Below the pieces are notes generated by a model. The model did not search any database and was not told the DNA's origin. It saw only the letters and a program-made list of their open reading frames with translations. Source: Salpingoeca rosetta (taxonomy: Eukaryota; Protista; Choanoflagellata). Taken from it: 64,000 nt of DNA. The stretch covers positions 1,113,194 to 1,177,193 of the forward strand of contig JAWQFM010000008.1 of the NCBI GenBank assembly GCA_033442325.1, written 5' to 3'. A program made the translations under genes and the position numbers. This document shows positions 40,881 to 54,045 of the stretch, piece by piece. Position 1 is the stretch's first letter; each line of letters opens with the position of its first letter.

Positions 40881-43800
40881 GCAGCACAAACAATCACGCA
40901 CAAACACAATGCACACAACTCACCGAGCCTTCCGGCAGCTGCTTAAAGAACGAAATCATATCTGGCTTTGGCTTCCCGCGTGCGCTATCGCCGTTGACGA
41001 GGATAAACCGGTCCCCAACATGCAGCCCAGCCAGGTGCGCCACCCCATTCTCCCGCAAACTCTTTACCCGGATGTTGTACTGCGTGCCCTCCCTTGGCGC
41101 GTCCTCAATCACCATGCCCAGTCCTTCCCGGCCCTTGACGAGGCTGACTGTGTGCGTCGTCGTGTCCCCATTGCCCTGTCACATAAAGAACAGGCAGATG
41201 CGCGGGCAGGTTCGAGTGTGTATGTGAGTGCGTGTGTGTATGAGTGCGCGCGCGCGCGTGTGTGTGTGTGTGTGAGTGCGTGTGAGTGTGTGTGTGTGTG
41301 TATGAGTGCGTGTGAGTGCATGGGATGCTCGCTTGCGCTCACAACAAAGTGCATCACCACACAATGTCAAAAACATGCACACCACCACCACCCTGACGAG
41401 CTACGTGTATGTGCGCACGCACCAGCTGCCTGGAGGCACGACGCTGTCGGCGCGCATCTGCAAGAAGCGTTTCAATCTGAACAGTTGACACATTCCACCC
41501 ATGGCAGCAGAAGCAGCAGTAGAAGTGAGTCAAGGTCACGCAAAGTCAACTGCCTGTGTGCGTGTGCGTGTGCGTGTGCGTGTGTGTGTGCATGTTTGGT
41601 CCCGCAAACTCACCATCAATGCCAAACCCACACTCAACAAACAGCGCTCATGGCCAAGAGACGTGCATGCAGGCACGCCTACCCTCTTCTCCGAGGCGCC
41701 GCGCGACTCCTGCGCAGGCGGAGCGGTCGTTGTCGATGCTGACGATGCTGACGTTGACGACGACGCTGATGGTGCTGGTGCTGCCGGTGCGACTGGCTTG
41801 GCCTGGGCCTGCACTGCTCCTTGCGATTGCCTGCTCTCGCGTCGCTTCCGCGCTTCAGCCAGCAGCCGGTCAACCTGTGGGTGCGTGGGTGAGTGTGAGA
41901 GTGAGGGTGTGCGTGTGTGTGTTCATGACATCGCGAGCGCACGCGTACATCTTGGTGTGTGAATGAGACAACAGATGACAATCACAGCAGGAAAATTAAG
42001 CCATGTGGGCGACAGAAGAAGGCAAGGTGTGTTTACATGTGCACGCGCAACATGTCACACCTTGGACAGGGATTCCGTGTGTGTGGATTGACCAATGGAC
42101 GCGCGCGGTAATCTGGGGCTCAGGATGGGCTGGGATGTGCGCTGTCACATGCACGAACGACAAAGCATAGCAACAAGCACACGAGACCAGTGTGAGCAGC
42201 GCAAAACCAAACAGAAACGCACAATGTAAACAAACAAATGCATTCGCGCTCATCCGCACAATCATACAGTCACACAGGCACACATACAAATCGCACACAC
42301 ACGCAGACCTTCGGACGTTCTGGCGTGAGCTGCACTGGTTTGTCCAGGAAGGAAGCGTCATCCTCATTCTCATCCCCGTCGTTGTCGCCCTCACCTTCAC
42401 CAGCGCCCGTCTCTTCTGCAATTGCGGGCGGAGACGAGGTTGGAACCTGCGGTGGCGGCGTTGAGGGCACCGTCATGCGACGTGCCCGCTCAGCATCCAC
42501 CTCCTCATCATGATCATCTGCTGATGCTTGTGCCTCCGCTGCTGGCGCATCCTGTGCTGCAGTTGCAATGGTGGCAGGTGCTGTGGTTTCAGTCGCAGCA
42601 GCGCGCCGCTCTCTCCTCTCGCGAGCAGCAGCAAGTGCATCCGCCACACTCCGCTTCTCCGTGGACTCCTGTTCCTTCGTCCCCTCCTCGCGTGTGCTAC
42701 GCTGCTGCTGCTGCTTTGAGTCGTCCTGGTCCGCCCCAGACAGGCGCCGCGCCTCTGCAATCGCCGCCGCCGTCTGCCTCGCTGCCTCGGCCCGTGCGTC
42801 CTGCTCCATCTTGCGGCGCTGCTGGTCCGCTCGCGCCTTGGCCTCCTCAATTTCCCGCTGCTTGCGTTCCTCCTCCTCTCTCGCTCGCCGCTGCTGCTCT
42901 GCCTCTTCCTCCGCCAGCCGCTGTGCTTCCCGCTCGGCAGCCAGCCTGGCCTCCTCCTCCCTCCTCCTGGCCTCCTCCTCCTGCTGCGCCCTCAGCCGCG
43001 CCTGGCGCTCTTCTTCCTCCCGACGCCGCTGCTCCGCCCGCCTGTCCTCCTCCTTACGCCGTTCCTCCTCAAGCGCCCGCCGCACGCGCTCGGCCTCCTC
43101 CCGCGCCTTCCTCTCCATCTCCTCTGCGCGCTTCCGTGCAGCCTCGCGTTCGGCTGCAGCCTTCTCCGCGGCAATTCGCTCCTCCTCCTCCCTCTGCTCC
43201 CGCTCCCGACGCTCCTGTTCAGCCTTAAGTCGCGCTTCTTCCTCCCGCTGCTGCATGGTGGCCTGGGCCGCAGCCACCGCCGCAGCCTCCAGCGCAGCCA
43301 TCTTCGCCTCAACCGACGCCTGCACAGCGTCCGCGTCCACGCCGCCTGTTGCAGCCGCAGCAACGGTGTTCTGTGGTGCGGGGTTCCGTTGCCTAGCATC
43401 ACCGCCACTGTCACTGGCGTGGCCATCGTGGTCGCTGCCGTCATCAAACACGCCGCTGCGTCGCCGCGCCTCGCGACGAGCATCTGCAACAATGGCTGCC
43501 GTCTCCTGCTGTGCGCCCTCGGCCCGAATCGCGTCCTGCAGCTCCCGCGTCGCATCAACAACATCGCGCGTGCTGTCATCGCCACCATGGTCTGCACCGC
43601 CAAAGTCAGGCTGCGAAACACGCTGCGTCGCTTCCGTCACGCGACTGCCGCTCATGAGGTATTTGGCAGCAGAGCTGGGCGTTCCGGCATGCGCACGCGA
43701 GCCACCACCGTACGCCGTGTGCTGGTCAGCGCCAACACTCCCATTATCGTCGCTATCTGGGGCGTGGTCGTCGTCGTGCTCATCGTCCACGCTTGAGAGC

Positions 43801-44248
43801 AGGGTGTTGGCGCGGCCAGTGTCAATACCACCAGGCAGCGGCCGCCACTCATCCTCCTCCTCCTCGTCAAGCACAATCGCCTCTTCTGCTTCTGTTTCCT
43901 CCTCCTCCTCCTCCTCCTTCTCTCCAGGCACGCCAAGTCCTTGCTCCTGCCCCTGCTGCCCCTGCTGCCCCTGCTGGTTGCGAATCTTGGCTGCGCGTTC
44001 TCTAGCCTCCTGCACGGCTTTAGCTGCAAGCTTCTTTCGCTCCGTCTGCGGCGAGCGCGCACCACCACCAGCGCCGTGAGTGGTTGCCGTGTGTGCAGCT
44101 GCACCCTTCTTGCCCTTGCCCTCGGCGGGCTTGCTGAAGTCGCCGCCAAGGGCACGCCTCACTTCCTCGCGCGCCTGTTCCTCGGCAACACGCCGCCGCG
44201 TGCCGCTGCCATCCTCGGCCCCGCCAGTGCCAGCAGCCGTGCGGTCCT

Positions 44249-44328
<80 letters not shown>

Positions 44329-45623
44329 AAGCGCAGTCGTGGCTGAGCGAGGGCAAGGAAGCAGAGCGCAAACCTGTCGTGTTCGGCGCTCCCGCAAGCT
44401 ACGCTCCTTTGCCATTCGCTCCTCGAATCTGCACATGCACATGACAGCACAACTTTTTCGTGAGCAAGACGCGTCTGTTGATGCACCATGACTTTGTGGC
44501 CTTGTGACACGCGTACACACACACAGACATGCACATGCACACACGCACACAGACACAGACACACACATATGCACACACGCACAACCAGACACAGACACAC
44601 GCATACATGCACCTGGAGCGGTTGACTTCGGTGATGCTGGACGAGGATGATCGGGTTGGGCTGGCACTGAAGAGGGGACCAACGGAAAGGTTTGGGCAGG
44701 AGGATATGAGAAGAAAGAAATTACGTACGGCAGCGATGGAATATTTCAGCAGGAGGAGCAGGAGCAGGATGTGGTGGTGGAGCAGTCCACACAAGACATG
44801 CACAAGGAGAGAAACATAGAGAGGGACGGAATGACAGAAAAGGAGTAAGAAGAACGTGCATCTGAGACACTTTTGCACACATATTCACCATTCGCCAAGA
44901 ACGGACCTGGCAGCACGCTCCTGCTGTGCAGCTGTGCGGTCGACTTGAATGTGCTTTGCATCAAGCATGTCTGGCTCCATGGCAGGCTCATCAAGCTCAA
45001 TCTCGCCACCAGGCACAGGCAGGTTGCGTTGCCGCGCCTGTGTTGATGGCGGCGGCGCCGATCGTGCCGCTGCCCGCTCCGCATCCCGCTCCCGCTGCTG
45101 CTGCTGCTGCTGCTGCTTGGCTGCGTGTGTTGCCGAAGTCATGGATGAGCCGGACGATGAACCCGACGGGTGCGACGGCAGCCGCCGACCGCCGCGAACC
45201 GTCGGCGCAGCAGCAGGTGCAGGCAAAGTGGAAGACGTGGTGGCCGTGGTTGGAGGACGGGCCGTCTTGCTGACGACAGCAGGCCCAGGTCTCCGCGCCG
45301 CCGCCGCTGCTGGAGGTGCTTGAGGTGCTGGTGCTGGTGCCAACGCAGATGATGCTGTACTGGTGGCCGGTGCAGGTGGCTGCTCGCGTCGCGCCTTGCG
45401 GAAGCTGGGACGGAAGCGTGCCAGCCCCCGCCGCGGCGATTTCTTCCTCTGCTGCTGCTGCTGTTGCTGTTGTTGCTGTTGTTGTTGTTGCTGTTGTTGT
45501 TGTTGTTGTTGTTGTTGCTGGTGGTTGACGGGCTGCTCCAGCGCCTCAGGGATACCGTGGGTTGGACCGACGTGGAAGTCATCCGGTGCAACAGCCAGCG
45601 GGTCCGTCCACCTGCAGGGGAGG

Positions 45624-45695
<72 letters not shown>

Positions 45696-47480
45696 GTGTG
45701 TGTGTGTGTGTGTGTGTGAAACGTGTATGAATACGAGGTTGCCGCTGCAGTCTGGGTGTTCGTGTTGTGTTGCATCACACATCTGCACATCAGCCAGTGA
45801 GCTGGTACACAACGATGTGAACGCACTCTGTTTTTGCCTTCACTTGATCGCGGCGACGCAGTCGTTCCCGGTACTTGGTGTAGTGGCTGACAGGGAAGAA
45901 CTGACAAGTGTGCGTTTGTGTGTGTGTGTGTAATGTGGTGTGTGTGTGTGTGTGTGTAATGTGGTGTGTGTGTGTGTGTGTGTGTGTGTGTGCAAATTTG
46001 TGAGAAAATGGACGTGAGCATGCGTGATTGTCGATGCGGTCCTGCCTCGCCCAGAGTTTGGCACAAAGCACAACTGCACGCTCCTCACCCTGGGGTTGGT
46101 CAGGCGTTCAAACACGCTTGGTTTCTTGCGTGCAGATGTGGGCGTAGACGGTTCGCTTGGGCGGGACGGCTGCGGCTCAGCGGGTCGTTGCTGTTGCTGC
46201 TGTTGTCGCTGCTGCTGCTGCTGTTGTTGTTGTTGTTGTTGCGCTGGCGCTTGCCATGCCTGGTGTGCTCGCCTGTCACACAAACGGAGGAACAAATGTG
46301 ACGAGGAGAAAGGCAATGGTAACTTGGTACACACACACACAATAGCACATACGTCCATATGCTCACACACACACAATAGCACGTACGTCCATATACTCAC
46401 ACACACACACACACGACTACGTTCGCACACACGATCCGCTTGCGCAGCGGGTTGCATTGCTCTTGTACCTTGGTTTGGGCTGCCTGGAGGAAGCTGCTGA
46501 CGAAGCAACGCTGCTGCGGGCAGTGGATGCGCGGTCCTGTTCACCCTGCGAGCGACGACGAACCCTGCAATGGAGGAGACATGTGGGGTGGGACATGTAG
46601 ATGAGTTGAGACAATGGCATGGAACATGTTGCTCGTGTTTGTGTGTTTGCTGTTGTTGGATTGCTTTGTCTTGTTTGCATGAAGGCAAGGCACCAAGTTC
46701 AGTTACCCACTCTCCCTAATTGTCCAATTGGCACACATCGCCACCACTTGCTCACCGGTAGCTCTTTGGGAAGAAGCGTGGCGTGCTTAACCGCTCAAAC
46801 ACGCTTGGCTTGTGCGCCTTTGGTGCTGCCGGCTCCCTGAACACAAAATCGTGAGGCGCATGCGTGAGAGGTGTGGTGGAAGACAAGACGGGCGAAAATA
46901 TTGCCAGTCACGTCAACAAACACACACACACAGATACGTAAACGTCCACACACCAACAAGCGCATAGGCACAGACACGCATGTGCACGCCCTCGCGCGCA
47001 TTTGTGCGCAGTCGCAAAGCAGTGAGCAAAGAGCAACAACTGACTGGTGGGCGGCGGGCGCGCCTGCATTCGATGAAACCTGTTGCTGCTGCTGGTGTTG
47101 TTGGCGGGAGCGGTGCGATGCCGTTGGTGTGCGGGTGGAGGTTCGTGGCGGCTGCTGCGGTGTGTGAGGATGGCGGTGTGGCGTGGAGCGCGTTGGTGTG
47201 CCCGTCACAAACGGCGGAGGCGCGCGGTGGCGTGACGGTGTACGCGGCGTGTGTGGGCCAGCACCGCCACCACGGCCGTGGCTGGTGATGCTGGACGCAT
47301 GTGAGCGCGCGCGCGAAGGGGTGCGGCTGGCTCGGCTTGACGCGCGCGTGGACACTTCATAGTGAATGTCGGGAACGGGCGGGTGGAGACGCAGTCGCTC
47401 CGAGTTCTTCTCCAGCTCCGCCTTGCTGGTTGGCGGGCGCCAGTGGCCCTGGTGCTGGTGCTGCGTGTGTGTGTGTGTGT

Positions 47481-47554
<74 letters not shown>

Positions 47555-47588
47555 GTGTTCATGTGGTGCAATGACGGGATACGTGCTT

Positions 47589-47622
<34 letters not shown>

Positions 47623-48942
47623 GAATCGGAAGCGGATACAGTACGAAGCATGCACCCTATCTCAAACAACACACACACGCACGTATACGTGCACACAACC
47701 CTTTTTTTCCCCTCCCGAGTGATGACGACTGCAACTCACGCGTCTCGGGGAGTCCCTGTGTTCCTTTGGACGAATGTACTTTGACATGTCCTCTGCCCAT
47801 GGCCGCGGGTAGTTTCGTGCCGGCGCTGGTCGCCTGCTCTCGTTCCGCAGCGGCGTCTGGCGCGCCTGTGGACACGCGTGCACACGTGCAGAAATGACAT
47901 CACACATATGGGAGATGCCAACACAAACACACGAGCGCACCAGCACGCCAAGATACATGTGCAATCATGTGAAAGGAAGGGGGGTGAGCGGCCAATATAG
48001 ACAGGAATTCATGTTTGTGGTGTGTTCCAAGGCACGCAGTTGGTGTGTGTTAATGCATTGCATGGGTGTGAGCTTGCCAGCAGCCTGCCCACCTCGGCTT
48101 TGGTGGGCGTCATGTGCTGTTGACTGCCACGGCGCCTGCGCGGTGTGTGGCTGGCTTGACTCGGCTCATATCCCTGCCATGAATAAAGAGGGAAGACCAA
48201 GACCAAGAAGAAGAAGAAGAAGACCAAGACGAAGAAGAAGAAGAACACGAAGTGACATACAACAGAACGGCATTGCCCGACCAAAGGAAGCAGGAATCGT
48301 ACACACACACACACACACGCACACACCACACACACACGCACACACACACACACGCACACGCACACGCACACACAGAAGAGGTGCGGGTGAGCAGTGATTG
48401 TTGTCGAAGTGGCAGAGGGGTGCGCTAAGCTGCGCGAGTTTGTGATGATGACGGTTTGTGATGGGTGGTCTTTGTGGTACGTACAGGGCTGCGTGAACCG
48501 GGATCCACCAAGCGCTTCTTCACGGGATCGCGCACAACAGGTGAGATGTAGCTGTGGTGTGTGGTTGCCAACCTAATACACCCAAAGCAACATGCGATCA
48601 GGGTGCGTGAGTACATATGACGAGGCGCAAGAGCGGATTGGACGGGGGAGGGCGGGGTGTTCTTGGTTGTTCAGAGGGGTGAGAGGAAGGGAGGCAAGGG
48701 AGGGGAGGATACAATGGACATGGAGGCAGAGATGGAGATAGAGATGGACATGGAAAGAGTGGGAAACGCAAGGAAGCCAACAACTGCAAGAATAGAAGGG
48801 GACGAAGAGTCACAGCAACGTGGGATGTGAAAGTAAGCGGAGAGAGACGCCTTGTCAGACAAACGCACAAAACACGACACAGAACATACCCGGCTGTGGG
48901 GATGGTTTGGACAAAGGACGTGCTGGGTTCCGCCCAAGACAT
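40696..48942 (-). CDS. Large uncharacterised protein: basic disordered N-terminus, E/R/A-rich helical (coiled-coil or SAH-like) region, single C-terminal PDZ domain
   Basis: PDZ: HTVSLVKGREGLGMVI..IRVKSLRENGVAHLAGLHVGDRFILVNG..TVKLVILR (~41175-40696). Long ER/K-rich exon at 44248-42309. Phase-compatible linking exons (~44666-44613, ~44427-44374) join the two halves. 5' exons and the start MSWAEPSTS at 48942 are less certain. Confidence 0.72.
47590..47622. repeat. (GTGCTCA)n heptamer repeat, intronic
   Basis: About 4.5 tandem units. Confidence 0.85.
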
Positions 48943-50126
48943 GGTCGGTGTTACTGTTGCCTGGTGGGGAGGAGCAAGCAGTGTATCACGTGGGCGAGTG
49001 AGGGTTTGGTGAAGACATCCCACATCAAAACCCCCACTGGATTGACATGAAGCAAAAGGAACAACCAACCAGCTGTAGTGAACAAGCAAGCAAGCAAGCA
49101 AGCCATCCGCTGGCAAAACTCACGTACACGCACACACACGCATGCACACACACACACACCCGTGGCAACTGCCACACAAGTAGCAACCCGCAACCTGGAG
49201 CGCACCTCGTTCTTGTCCACTTGTCTGTGGTGTGGAGGCCTCTTCCTCTTCTTCCTCCTCTCCTTCGACTGTGTGCGTTTCCACCTCACTGGTCCGTTGT
49301 GTCTCGACACCCAACTCCCCAAACAAAACAAGGCAAAGCAACAAGCAAGCGACGTTGGTTGTCGGTTGCTGTTGTTGTACGATTTTATTTTTTCAAATTT
49401 TTTTTCTCTCTGCAACTGAAGTCAGTCTGGATTGACAATCCTCCCGTAGCTCCGAAATTTGTGTGAAGATATTCGATAGAATGGCAGAACATTCTTTGGC
49501 TGTTTGTTTACGTTTTGGTTTTTGTGGTGGTTGTTTGTTTATGTTTCCGCTGCACGAGCCACGCACCGCGGCACAGCATACTTGCCGCACACCACCACCA
49601 ACGCTTGCACCTGCTCTTCGGTTGAGAGAGACAGAGACATCACACACATTCACCCCACCCGAGCCAAACACCACACACCACACACAACAAAACAAGCAAG
49701 CAACAGCACCGCAAGCAGTACACGCACCAAACCAAACCAAACCAAACCAAGCTGCACATTCACTAGCCCTTGTTGGCACACGTCAACTCATTTCCCGCTT
49801 TTTGTTGTTCTGAACGAACAAGTCACATCATCGCCCAGCAAGCACCCAGCAGACGCCTTCTTCTTTGGTTTCCTTCCTTCCCACGCTATCCTACTCCTCC
49901 GTCCAACTAACACTCCACAAGCAGCCAACACCCACACCGTCGTCCTCCTCATCGTCGTGCTCCTCCTTTGAAGCTCCTCTCCATCCTTCTGCTGCTCCTG
50001 CACTGAGCTCTCCTCCTTTTATCGTCAGACTGTCGTCGTTATCTTCACGACCGCCATTTTGAGACACCATCCATCCAAGTCTCATTCATCATCCAAGACA
50101 CCTCTCCCACCTCCTCGCGCCCCACA

Positions 50127-50626
50127 ATGAGCTTTGAGTGTAAGTGCTCGTCTGAGACGTGCATCCGCACTTGTGTTGTTTTTTCATGGCTCGACTGGCT
50201 TCCACGCCACGATCCCGTCTGCCCTTTGGTGGTCTATCCGTTACCTTGATCCCTGACACGCACGCACACACACACACGCACGCACCCTTGTCGGTGTCCC
50301 TTTCACACCCCTTCCCAAACCAGACGTTGGCTCACGCTCTAGCTCACGCCATCCAAACCATTTGCCTTTCTCTTTTCCAACCGGTGTGCAGTTGTTTCCG
50401 TTCCAGCCTTTGCGACACGTCAGCCCCGAGGCCGTGCACGCAAATGCCGCCCCCGCAAGCAAGGCGCCGGCCGCGGCGGTTGGGGTCGCCTGGACGACTT
50501 TGACATGCAACCGCTCCCCATTGATCAGGAAGACCCAATCTACGACGCCACCAACGATGACGACGACGTACGTTCGGATGTCTGTGTGTGCGGGTGTGCG
50601 TGTGTTTGTGTGTGTGTGTGTGTGCG

Positions 50627-50671
<45 letters not shown>

Positions 50672-52885
50672 TTGGTTCTGGATGGCATGACGCTCTCACT
50701 CACTTGCTTGTAAATCTCACCAAAGTGATCAATGCACCCACCTACCTCCATTTTGTCATTCACGCTACTCGCCCCTCCCCCTCTTCTCTCCTTGTCTGCT
50801 GCTGCAGGGCTCGACGGAGTGGGTTGAGTCCTACCCAACCTTTGACGAAAAGACAATTGTGCGCATGCTGCGCGGCTTCATGCAGGAGCTGTTCAGCCAC
50901 GGTGACGTGACAGAGACACTCCGTGCCTGCGAGCGCGTCAACTGGCCCGAGTCGAAGCACATTGTCGTCCAGACCATCATCCCCTTTAGCTTCTCCTTCA
51001 AGGTCAGACAGAATTCACGATTGTGTGTGTGTGATTGTATGTGATTGTGTGTGTGTGTGTTTGTTTGTGTGTGTGTGTGTGATTGTATGTGTGTGTGTGA
51101 TTGCATGTGATTGTGTGTGTGATTGTGTATCATGCATATGCACTTGAGTGTTAGTGTGTATGCGAGTTCTTTTCAGAGGCCGCGATGCAGCATGCTGTCG
51201 TTTGCGCCTCACACACATGCACGCTACACGCCCACGACCACTTGTCTTAAATCAGGATGCGGAGCGTGAGCTGACCTCGACCGTGCTGGCCTACTTTGTC
51301 CAGCAGCAGTTCCTCAGTACCGGCGACGTTGAACGGTGTGTTGCTGTGCGTGTGCATATTGAAAAAAAAAAAAAAACTGCTTTCTGTTTGAAGCGCCCAT
51401 GGGTTGTTGGGTTGTTGAGTAGTGTGCTGCTGCCACGTCGCGTCTTGTGCTCACAAGCGCTTCCGTCCCACCCTATCCTTCTCTTCCCCACTGCCTGCCC
51501 TTGTCCAAACACAACCAACACCTGACCTCTTGTCCGCCAATCAGGGGCTTCAACGCGCTGCTGGAGCAACTGCCGTCGCTGCTGCTCGACGCGCCAAAGG
51601 CCAGCGAGTACCTGTACAAGTTCATCACGCGCGCGGTGTCGCACGGGTGTGTCTCGCACACGTTTGTCTTCCAGCACCCGCTCACGTCGCAAGACGGCCC
51701 GCAAGCCGATGTGCTCCACCGCGCCCAGGCCATGCTTACGGCTCCCCACAACAAGATTCTCATTGACAAGGTAAGAGAGGTAGCCTGGCAGCGGCGAGGG
51801 CGAACTTGCCTCCTGTTTGCGTGTGTGTATGTGTGTCTGTGTCTGTGTCTGTGTCTGTGTCTGTATGCACCTTGTGTGTCTGTGTGTGTATGCACTGTAT
51901 GCACTGTATGTACCTTGTGTCCTTGTGTCCTTGTGCCCTTGTGCCCTTGTGTCCTTGTGTCCTTGTGTCCTTGTGCCCTTGTGCCCTTGTGCCCTTGTGT
52001 CCTTGTGCCCTTGTGGATTCCTCCACCCTCACATCTTTCTCCACCCGCTTCCACCAGATTTGGGGCGACCACGCTGAGTTCCGCGATCTGGGCTTTGCAA
52101 AGTCGCGCATCCACACGCTGTTGCAGGAGCTGCTTGTGTCGTCCGACGTGTCCGAGGCCTGCCGATGCATCCACGACCTCAGCGAGCCACACTTTGTCCA
52201 CGAGGTGCGCGTGCTTGTGTGCGTGTGTGTGCGTGTGTGTGCGTGTATGTGCATGCGTATGTGGCACATGCATAACACACGCTGCCCTTCCTTCCCCATG
52301 CTGCTTCTCACTTGCGTCCTCGGCTGGTTTGCCGCTACAACCGTCTCATCCTTCAACTTTCTCCCAACGCCCCACTGGACATGTGTGGATGTTTGCCGTT
52401 TCAACAACAGGTTGTTTACCAGGCCGTGTACCTTGCCATGGAGTGCGGTATGCAGCCACGTGTCCTTGACCTCGTCTGCGAGCTCCTCTCCCGCATGTCC
52501 ACCAGCGGCCTCTGCTCCAGCGACCAAATGACCATGGTGCGTCGTGCCTTGAGCTCAACACAGTGCACAGCGAACGGGCTTTGCTGCCTTTGCCATGTCA
52601 CATCCTGTGCTCTTCATCATTGTTCACCCACCCAAACCACCACCACCACCACCACCACCACCAACTCACTCATGTCGGATGTGCATTGCACCAAATGCCA
52701 TTACCCACACAACAGGGCTTCCGGCGGGTGTACAACGCCCTCGATGACATTCTGATTGACCTGCCACACGGCTACCGCCATCTCGCTTACGTTGTGGACG
52801 CGTGCTACAACCGTGACGCCATCACCGCCACTTGTGTCCAGGTGTGTACGAACGAGTGTGTGTGCGTGTGCGTGTGCGTGTGCGT

Positions 52886-52982
<97 letters not shown>

Positions 52983-53355
52983 CGTGTGTGTGTGTGTGTG
53001 TGTGTGTTTGCGAGTGAGAGGAAGCGTTCTTCTTTGTGTCTGTGTGTGTGTGCGGAGTGAGCGGATCGTGTTTCTTTGTCAGTGTGCTTCTTTGTCAGTG
53101 TGCTTCTTTATCAGTGTGCTTCTTTGTCAGTGTGCTTCTTTATCAGTGTGCTTCTTTGTGCCGTGTGCGTGCTTCCCAACCAATCTCTTCCCCCCCCCCT
53201 TCTTTGTATCGCTGCTCCTGCCCCTCTACTCACGTCCTGTTCCCTCATCCCTCTTCTCCCCAACCCAACAGGAGCTGCCACAGCGCCCGTACCGCCGCCG
53301 CCGCGAAATTAGCGAGGCAGAGAGCGAGATGTCCATGGACACCGACGAGTGGTGA
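50127..53355 (+). CDS. PDCD4: Programmed cell death 4-like translation repressor (two MA3 domains)
   Basis: Micro-exon ATGAGCTTTGAGT|gtaagt (50127-50139), then RPRKQGAGRGGWG..IDQEDPIYD. MA3-1: ELFSHGDVTE..GFNALLEQLPSLLLDAPKA. MA3-2: LLQELLVSSDVSEACRCIHDLSEPHFVHEVVY..GFRRVYNALDDILIDLPHG. Confidence 0.92.
51913..52014. repeat. Octamer minisatellite (CCTTGTGY)n in a PDCD4 intron
   Basis: About 12-13 tandem ccttgtgt/ccttgtgc units. Confidence 0.9.
53072..53160. repeat. 16-mer minisatellite (TCAGTGTGCTTCTTTR)n in the last PDCD4 intron
   Basis: About 5 tandem units. Confidence 0.88.
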
Positions 53356-53680
53356 AGCGAAGCTTTGCTGGGCTGTGCTTTGCTTTGTGCTCTGTCGCGC
53401 TTCAATTCTTCTCCGCTCGTTCACGGCTGGCCACACGGAATTTGCGCCAAGCGATGGGTGGTTCTTCTGTCCCCTCCCCCCATTGCCGTCATTCTCTTTT
53501 CTTCCATGATAATCGTTCTGTTGCTTGCTGGCGAAGCACACAACCCCACACCAAGACCCCGCGCTGATAACTGCTTTCTCTTCCTCCTGTTTTGTCTTCT
53601 GAACCCCCTTCCTCCTTTGTTGCGTGTTTCACACGGCCTGCTGACCCACCAAAGTACTTGATTTGAGCGACAACTTCCTT

Positions 53681-53857
53681 CCAAACAAACAAATAAAACG
53701 ACTGGCCAACCACCATCCATCCCCACTGTCACCATAATGGCCCTTGCCTGCTTCCCAGTGCCCACCTCCCAAACAAACAAATAAAACGACTGGCCAACCA
53801 CCATCCATCCCCACTGTCACCATAATGGCCCTTGCCTGCTTCCCAGTGTCCACCTCC
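53681..53857. repeat. Near-perfect 88-bp tandem duplication between the convergent PDCD4 and RPS8 3' ends
   Basis: ccaaacaaacaaataaaacgactggcc...cttcccagtg[c/t]ccacctcc starts at 53681 and again at 53769. Confidence 0.92.
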
Positions 53858-54045
53858 TTCGCCCTTCCCAATGTCCACCAGCTAGCTCCCAGCACTCTCG
53901 TTCATCAGTCCCAGCTCCACTTGCACTAGTCATTCGTGGGCACACGAAATGTGTGTGGTTTTGTCATGTATTGTCCATTTCCACACAGCAGCCCAAGCAA
54001 CACAAACGACAGCCAAAGAGATGGGGGGAGGCAATGGTGAGGCAC

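Noticed and set aside
42422-44079. Long plus-strand ORFs (268 aa and 503 aa)
   Set aside because: Antisense shadows of the GC-rich helical exon on the minus strand.
49163-49187. GTTGCCA/GTTGCTA RFX-like half-sites upstream of the PDZ gene (also at ~13611)
   Set aside because: These 7-mers occur repeatedly in the window, including inside exons and introns; no full X-box.
51913-53857. Tandem repeats resembling a CRISPR array
   Set aside because: No unique spacers, eukaryotic context and no cas genes; ordinary minisatellites and one duplication.
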